64,000 nt of DNA from Bugula neritina (Eukaryota; Animalia; Bryozoa), in assembly GCA_964035545.1 (NCBI GenBank), contig OZ037767.1:13129801-13193800 (forward strand). Reading direction: 5' to 3'. Below, piece by piece: positions 57,358 to 64,000 of the stretch. Position 1 is the first letter of the stretch. Each line of letters begins with the position of its first letter. Position numbers and translations under genes: made by a program. The notes under the pieces are model-generated. The model searched no databases, was not told the DNA's origin, and saw only the letters and a program-made list of their open reading frames with translations.

Positions 57358-60332
57358 TTAGCCAATCAAGTAACCAATGAATATACAATATAAGATGAAG
57401 TGTGAAAGCAAGAGTTGCGAAGAGCTACTAGCAACATAGTAAGGTTTGAAGAAGTCGGCCTTGAGTTTAGACTTAGATACAGGTTTTTCAGCAATGGCCG
57501 CCTCAGCAGGAAGACTGTTATCTATAAAAGCTACGGAGGAGACAACCTCAAAATTCTGAGTCTTATCTTTATTTTGCCCATGACAGTACGGACCAACACA
57601 TGAAAAACTCATGCTGATTGGTTCAAGATAGAGTTTGGCCGCGACAATCATAGCCTGTGGATTAGCCAAGGATCCTACATTGACGTAAATAATATCGAGG
57701 TGCAACGAGACACCCACAGTTTGTTCAGATATTTCATCACTCACAATTTCCAGCTCAATCCAGTCACCTACTTTGGATGGAAGTGAGTTGCCAAACATCG
57801 CGATGTGTATTGGTTCAGTGGTGTCAAGGATACGCGAAGGGCCGAGCAGTGCTTGAATAACGTAAGCATTCAGCGAACTGCATTGATCTCCAAATTGATT
57901 TGAGCATTGATCTCCAAGGTTGTCTTTAGTCAGACGCAATGTGCACCCACTCCGGAAATCTTCACCAAAAACAATTGACTGTCTATTTAGAGAGTCTGTG
58001 AGACAATCTCCGTCAGCAGACGCTACTACCATGGACAGGTACTGCTGCCGATCTCCATTCAGACGTATGTAGTCACCCACTCTCTTGCCAGTTATTACGG
58101 GTTCACCCACTAAATAACCAGGGTTCCCACTTCTTCTGTATGGGACGGAGGAATCACCAGCCTCAACATATTGTATTGAGTACTTCTGCTCAACAGCAGT
58201 TAAAGTCCCTGGCAAATCTGTGATTACAATATTAGCCTCGACCCCCATAATCACACCAGCCTCGTGGGTCACCGTATATGCAACCTAAAAATATTGAACT
58301 TGATAACTCAAACTACACATTTCACAACATAACAAATATACGACAAATATTTCTATGTTTTTCTCAATATTTTCAAATTGAATTATAATTTTGTATTTCA
58401 TTTAGATATTAAAGTTTCAAGAAAGCAAATATTTGGTGACAGATTGTAAAAAAATCCCAACAAACATTGGGAAATATCTCAGAGGGCCATGGCTATGCAA
58501 TCTTAAAAGATATAATATTCATTACATAACATTGTTAATAGAGAAGTGCTGCCTGATTTGCCACAGCATTAATAGCATTTGCAGGCAGCCCTGTTTTTGC
58601 CATATATAGTGACCACTAAAGTCATACAAAACTGCAGTGGTTTTCTGAATTACAAATCAAAGTTATGGTAAATCAGAAAGTCACAACTCCAACATAGCAG
58701 TCGATTCATTACTAATAATACTAGTAATGAAGTTATTAGATAAATATTATTTATCTAATAACATGAATGCACATTGTAGAATGATCTGGAAGAAGTGCAT
58801 TACTTTATTTTTACCTCCTTAACAATGCCTATACAGAGTCCCAGTAGAGGAGAGTAAGTGGGGAACTGCGTGTCCCCCTTAACATCTACATCCACCACTG
58901 AGACATTGACAGCAGGATTGGTATCTGAATCTGGTCTCATCTTCACTTTCTAAAAACAACGCAGTACATTTTCCAAAACAAACAATTACAATACAGCAAA
59001 ATAATATATAAATTAAATAACAGCTGTATACCAATACTCCTAATAAGTATATAATACAGCACTCCCACTATATCTCATGGTTCCATTTCTTATGAAATTC
59101 CATAGGTCAAGACACGGGCTTAGACCTCCGTTTTGTGGCTTATGTATGTGTGCATAAGAACAAAATGGCTAAATTTATCAAATCTGCGAGTTAAATCTGG
59201 TATTCTACTATGTCACGAGTTGAGGTTTGAGAACCCACAACTTAGTGAGATACAGAGAGAGTACTGTAGTTGAACCAGCATGAGTTTTTAAACTTACAAC
59301 ATTCTGTAAATTTTGGCGAAGTTTTTCAGAGTCGAGATCAGCTAAAGTAGTGCAGACGACTTCCAAAGGAGCTATCAAGTTCCTCACGCAGCTGTCTTCT
59401 TCTGATATCAAGAACTTGGCTGGATTCATCTTGACGCAAGAGCTTGTGGCAGCAACGCTGGCCGGTATGTCCAGTGTGCTGACCCTGCCATTGTTTAGGG
59501 TGATTAGAAATTGTCCACTCTTGTAATAGTTGGTCTCATTTGTTGGCTCCAAAACTGTTGGTTTATACTGATAGCTGAACTTATTGCTTTGGGAAGACAC
59601 TAAGTAACTCTCAAATTCTGATTGGTTGCGAGCTACCGGCACACTTGTGTAATACTTTCGGCTTGGGTTTCGATCATTTGATATACAAAATATATTTGGG
59701 TTCTTCACTGCTTTCAAAGTCACATTATTATTTTCATAAACTCGGATATCATAAGAGCAAAGGCCAGTATTTGTTTCCTTCATCAAATGTTCATCATCAC
59801 ACGATGAGAAGATAACTCTATCGCTTGGAGAACAGTTTTCGTCACAGCAGCAGTTGATATCACAGATGTCCTGAGTGAGGTCACAAACACAAACTGCTAG
59901 ATCGATGTTTTCTGGTATATCGGCCTGAGCATCTAAAGGGGCCTGCGTTGGATCCTGGACTAGTATGAAAGGTTCTGTTGTGGTCGGTAGAAAACTTGTA
60001 TTGGTAATATCTGACAATATAAATGCAACCATCTTATTTCAGGATAAAGTGGAACAGATAAACTTTTTGAGTTTATTCAAAATTAAAAATATATATCTAC
60101 TCTCTATGCTCTAGGCAACAACTTACAAAACATGCAAAACAGTATAAAACTAATAAAATAAAATAAAATGTCATGTTTCCTACCCAAAATATTTTTTGCG
60201 GGATATGTTACTTAACCTACTTGATGTAGTGTTTAACCCAAGAGTTAAAGAAATGGTAGCAGACTGAGAGTTTATCTCCATGAGAAGAGTCACTAGTATT
60301 ACTAGTAATTCAATCAAATGAGCCAGTTCCAT
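57358..60332 (-). CDS. TCTN1: Tectonic (TCTN1/3-like) ciliary transition-zone protein, about 628 aa
   Basis: Exons (minus) 60332-60221 (signal peptide MELAHLIELLVILVTLLMEINS), 60010-59298, 58949-58815, 58284-57358, totalling 1887 nt. Motifs CVCDLTQDICDINCCCDENCS, RSGNPGYLVGEPV, FGEDFRSGCTL, GSLANPQAMI and a hydrophobic C-terminal tail. Paralog assignment is uncertain. Confidence 0.9.
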
Positions 60333-61427
60333 ATTCTTTGTGAACTCTTTCTGTATAGAACTCTATCAAGATCAGCTGTAAATAAAATTGTAACGGTAAC
60401 TTTATAAAGTAAAAAATAAGTAACCAAATCAGAAAAAAAAATATTTAAATAATCGACGGAAATGAAATCTAAAGTTAAATGATGAAAAAGTACTATTCAA
60501 GTAAAAAGTGCTATCAAAAAATCAATGATGCAGATGTAGTAGAATACCAGTAACAATAACATTCTTATTCCACACTTCAAACGTATAACTTATAAGTTCT
60601 ATATTTGTTAGTTTTACAATCATTTACTATTTTATTTTAACTTTTACTCCATCTCCCCTCATAGGTTACCAGTATAATAATCAATGTGACGAAATTTTAT
60701 CAATTTACAAGTCAATTTGATAATCTCAGTATTACTAGTACTATTACTCTATTACTTAATGTTATTACTATTAGTATTACTGTAAGTGTAATCTATTACT
60801 ATTAGCATTAGTATTACCAAACGGGCAAAAGTGAAGGTGCTACAGTACCGGTATCGCTATGAGTATGCCTATTTTACCTTTTACACATTACACGACAGTT
60901 CATTGAGACTTGTACAGATAGAAAAATAGCCTGTAATCACTATGTGTTATTACAATCAATATCAAAATGCACATTCACATTGCGAATGACATATTTATTG
61001 GTGATAGCAGAAAGATCAAAATAGTCGAACTCTTGGTTGTTAACGATGCCAATATGGAGGCACGTCCGCTCTTTGCTACATGTCCAATAAAAAGTCAATT
61101 AAAGGGGTTTGGTTTAGATCTCTTTGTAGCTGATCACTTTACAGGTAAAGATTCGAACATTTACGACAAGAATACCTACTTGTTTTTTAGTTCGTAAAAA
61201 AGCCCGCAGCTTTTCAGCGAGTCCATTATTGTCAGCTGTTGTTGACAAGTTTATCATCTCAAAATATTAGGGGTATACTTTGATTTTTTAAAAAACAAAT
61301 TTAGATTAAACAATTAAATTTTTGTTTATTATATACTGAATTGTATATCATACAACATATTATTTATTTGATTATTTTTTAAATTGAAGAAAAATTATTT
61401 AAGTAAATTTTAATAAAACAATAAGTC

Positions 61428-61467
61428 GTTGCTACCTTGATTCAGATCCATAACAACTGTAGGCAAC
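61428..61467. promoter_or_regulatory. Cluster of RFX half-sites in the TCTN/MNS1 divergent promoter
   Basis: GTTGCTAC (61428), CCATAACAAC and GTAGGCAAC (to 61467), about 170-210 bp upstream of the putative MNS1 ATG. Confidence 0.4.
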
Positions 61468-61637
61468 AACATTCCTCGGAAAGTCGCAATGTGATTTTGG
61501 ACAACTCTAATAGCCTAATAGTAATACAAACTAATAAAGGCTGCTCGGAGTTTTCACTCGCATTCAGCTTCTGTGTTTTAAAAGTTGGCCTGCTTACGAG
61601 AAGAAATACACTTTATCACATAAATTTAAAACGCAAA

Positions 61638-63909
61638 ATGGTAATGTTTATGATATTGTTTTTAAAATCACCAAGGCGTACAAGAGCTGCGCTAGCCTCC
61701 ACCGCTACGACTAGTACTACTACTAGTAGTAGTAGTACTACTACTACTAGTACAGTACTACTACTAGTAGCAGTACTTCTCTAGTACTCATACAACTAAG
61801 TATAATACAAAGTTGAAAGTCTGATAGTAATAGTAATACTAATAGTCATACTCATAGTAATAGTAGTTATTAAAAGTAAACCATTGAGTTTGACTCAAAG
61901 TCAATCATTGAGTAAATGACTAAATCTACTAGTACTATGACATTGACTATCACTAAAAGTAAATAAGATTTAGTATTATTGTTTTGAGTGTCAGAGTAAG
62001 TGAGTAAGTCTGCCAAGTATATAATTTTTGAAATAATACCTTGAGTTGAAATTAATGATTTAAATGCAGTTTGAGTTTAGTTAATAATTAATTTAATAAT
62101 GAGGATATTTTCACAACATATATGATATATTGATATTCAAATATTGAATTTGATGTTAACGTACCACTACCACAATAGAAAAATAATGCTTTTAAATGTA
62201 ATTTTGATTTATTTTGTCAATTTCAGCATGAATATTGAGTGTTCTTGTTTGTTTTACACAACAGTTAGTATCATTGCTAGTTTTAACATTACTATCCAAC
62301 AGTTATTGTAATAGCTTCCTCTGTCAGCATCAACATTGCAGTTAGCTCAATTACATTAGTTTCGTAAAGTTGCTTTGCTAATTTAGGCTATTGTAACACT
62401 TCAACTTTCTCATTTACAAAATGCTCTTGCACCCTTTATCATTGATTCATCTTGCTTGTGTTCTTTTGCATTTTATGATTTCTAATCTCTGTAAGGAAAT
62501 GTAATGCTATAACATATTACTGCCTAAAGCGAATAAAATGTATTAGTATAAGTAAATGTAAATGCTGTTCAGCTCCATTACAGTTGTGATGATACTGATA
62601 ATGATAATCATCACAGCTGTAGTTATCATGTTCCTGATGATAATGATATGATATATTATATATAACATTGCGTTATTTCCTCTTACTTAATAATCCTTTG
62701 AAAAATTACACTTGATTTACACTAGGCTATGCTACGGAGAACTGGACATCAAACTCAGCAGGCTATGCAGCTGAAGAACAGGGAGATGGAAGAGGACCGC
62801 TTAGCCTCAATAAAGAAGTTGGAGAGGGAGGCATTGGTGTCCCGTGTTCTTGAAGATGATGACAGACTTGAAGAGAAACGGCTAACAAAGAGACTGATGA
62901 TGGAGCAGAGGGAGAGAGAGTTGGAAGATTCCATATTGAGAGTAGGTGGCTTAGCATCTACATGTGTCAAGTGTAGGTTATATGACTTGTGGTGAGAGAA
63001 TTTATGGCAGGGTTCTTTTCTGGTTATTCGTTCAATTTGATCGATTTTTCCAATAGTTCTAATACTTTCTTCTAGTAGTTCATTATTTTTTTCGATAAAA
63101 GATACAGTTTTTGAAAAATATGTGGCGTGTTTCAAATAGTTTTTACACGCACCTTCTTCTAATCACCATTTCAAGGTGTTGAACACACTCATGTCTGTAT
63201 TCAGGCGCAAAGAGACAGGCAAATCAGAGAGCAGCAAGCTGAGCAGGAAGAAAGATTAGCCACAGAACTTTCTAGATTGAAACACGAAGAAACACGGGAC
63301 GAGAAGATGAGGCAGCATATCAGAGAGACTAGTTTGGAGCTGAGAGAACTGGAGGCTAAACTGAAGGCTGGATACACGAACATGGAGAGACATGCACAGA
63401 TGGCTGAGAAAGAGGCTATTAAGTATGACCAGATGGTAAGTTCTACTTGGTTCTGTTATTAATAATGTATAAGGTAGATATACATACCAACAAAGTTATA
63501 TAAGTAGATTCTTAGAAAATATACCTAATTTAGCTGTTTTTCAATAAATAAGGTGTTCTGTTTATTTTATGTTTACTGTTTTGCTGTTATTATCGATAAG
63601 TGGTAGCAGTGGTGGTAACTCCTCTCCTGGGCAGTGTTGAAAGTAGCACTCAGTATTTTTCTGCTGGTGATTGATAACAGTTTTGGGGACCATGCACTTT
63701 GACTCATATTTTGCCTCAGCTGTTCTAGTTGATGGATGAACTGTCACAAGTTGTAGGTTTGTTATTGTGTAGGGACAGTATTTGTTGTTAATTCAACTGT
63801 GTGTATCATTTAGGCAAGAGATGCAGAAATAGCCAAGATGATGAAGGCGGAGTCAGAAAGAGCGAAAGAAGCAGACGTGATTAGAGAGAAAGAGCAGTAC
63901 CATGAGCGA
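61638..63909 (+). CDS. MNS1: Meiosis-specific nuclear structural protein 1 (axonemal coiled-coil), 5' part; continues beyond the window
   Basis: Putative ATG-only first coding exon 61638-61640 (caaaATG|gtaatg), then 62726-62941, 63205-63435, 63814-63909, all phase 0. RDEKMRQHIRETSLELRELEAKLKAGYTNMERHAQMAEKEAIKY matches the conserved MNS1 block. Confidence 0.88.
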
Positions 63910-64000
63910 GTGAGTGCACGTGATAACTTTTCAACTTTTAGAAACAGAAGTTAGAAATATAAGAAACGTTTTTGTGACAGATAAGATTTACTTTCAGTGA

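Noticed and set aside
60011-60032. ORF-track start (MVAFILS) for Tectonic
   Set aside because: It gives no signal peptide. An AG acceptor at 60012-60011 and an in-phase upstream signal-peptide exon (60332-60221) fit better.
62755-63383. Minus-strand Ser/Leu-rich ORFs
   Set aside because: Antisense shadows of the Glu/Arg-rich MNS1 exons.

Overview
AT-rich, intron-containing animal genomic DNA, probably a marine invertebrate (lophotrochozoan-like; my inference, not proven). I spliced the exons by hand using splice sites and phases, because the ORF track mostly misses them, and found eight protein-coding genes. (1) A 5'-incomplete secreted-type CUB-CUB-mucin-CUB-CUB protein (+). (2) A secreted short-chain collagen with a C4/spongin-type C-terminal domain (+). 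(3) A DC-STAMP/DCST/Sneaky-family membrane protein with a C-terminal Cys-rich RING and, unexpectedly, an N-terminal SH3 domain (+). (4) CCA-adding enzyme TRNT1 (-). (5) A strongly diverged p53/p63/p73-family gene with TAD-DBD-OD-SAM (+). (6) A p24-gamma TMED3/7 gene (-). (7) Tectonic (-). (8) The 5' part of MNS1 (+), head-to-head with Tectonic. Repeats include six copies of a tRNA-derived SINE (some with target-site duplications), a 1.8-kb non-autonomous hAT element with an 8-bp TSD, a CAC...GTG MITE, a partly duplicated MITE, a degenerate tRNA-like sequence and many micro/minisatellites. The best novelty candidates are the SH3-DCST-RING fusion and the divergent p53-family gene (no TAD Trp, R175T/R273K/C277S equivalents, a PP1-type RVTF motif, an intronic X-box). 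Also notable are up to three AG|GCAAGT GC-AG introns and a duplicated acceptor that could give the CUB protein a hydrophobic tail. All gene models are hand-derived and need transcript confirmation.
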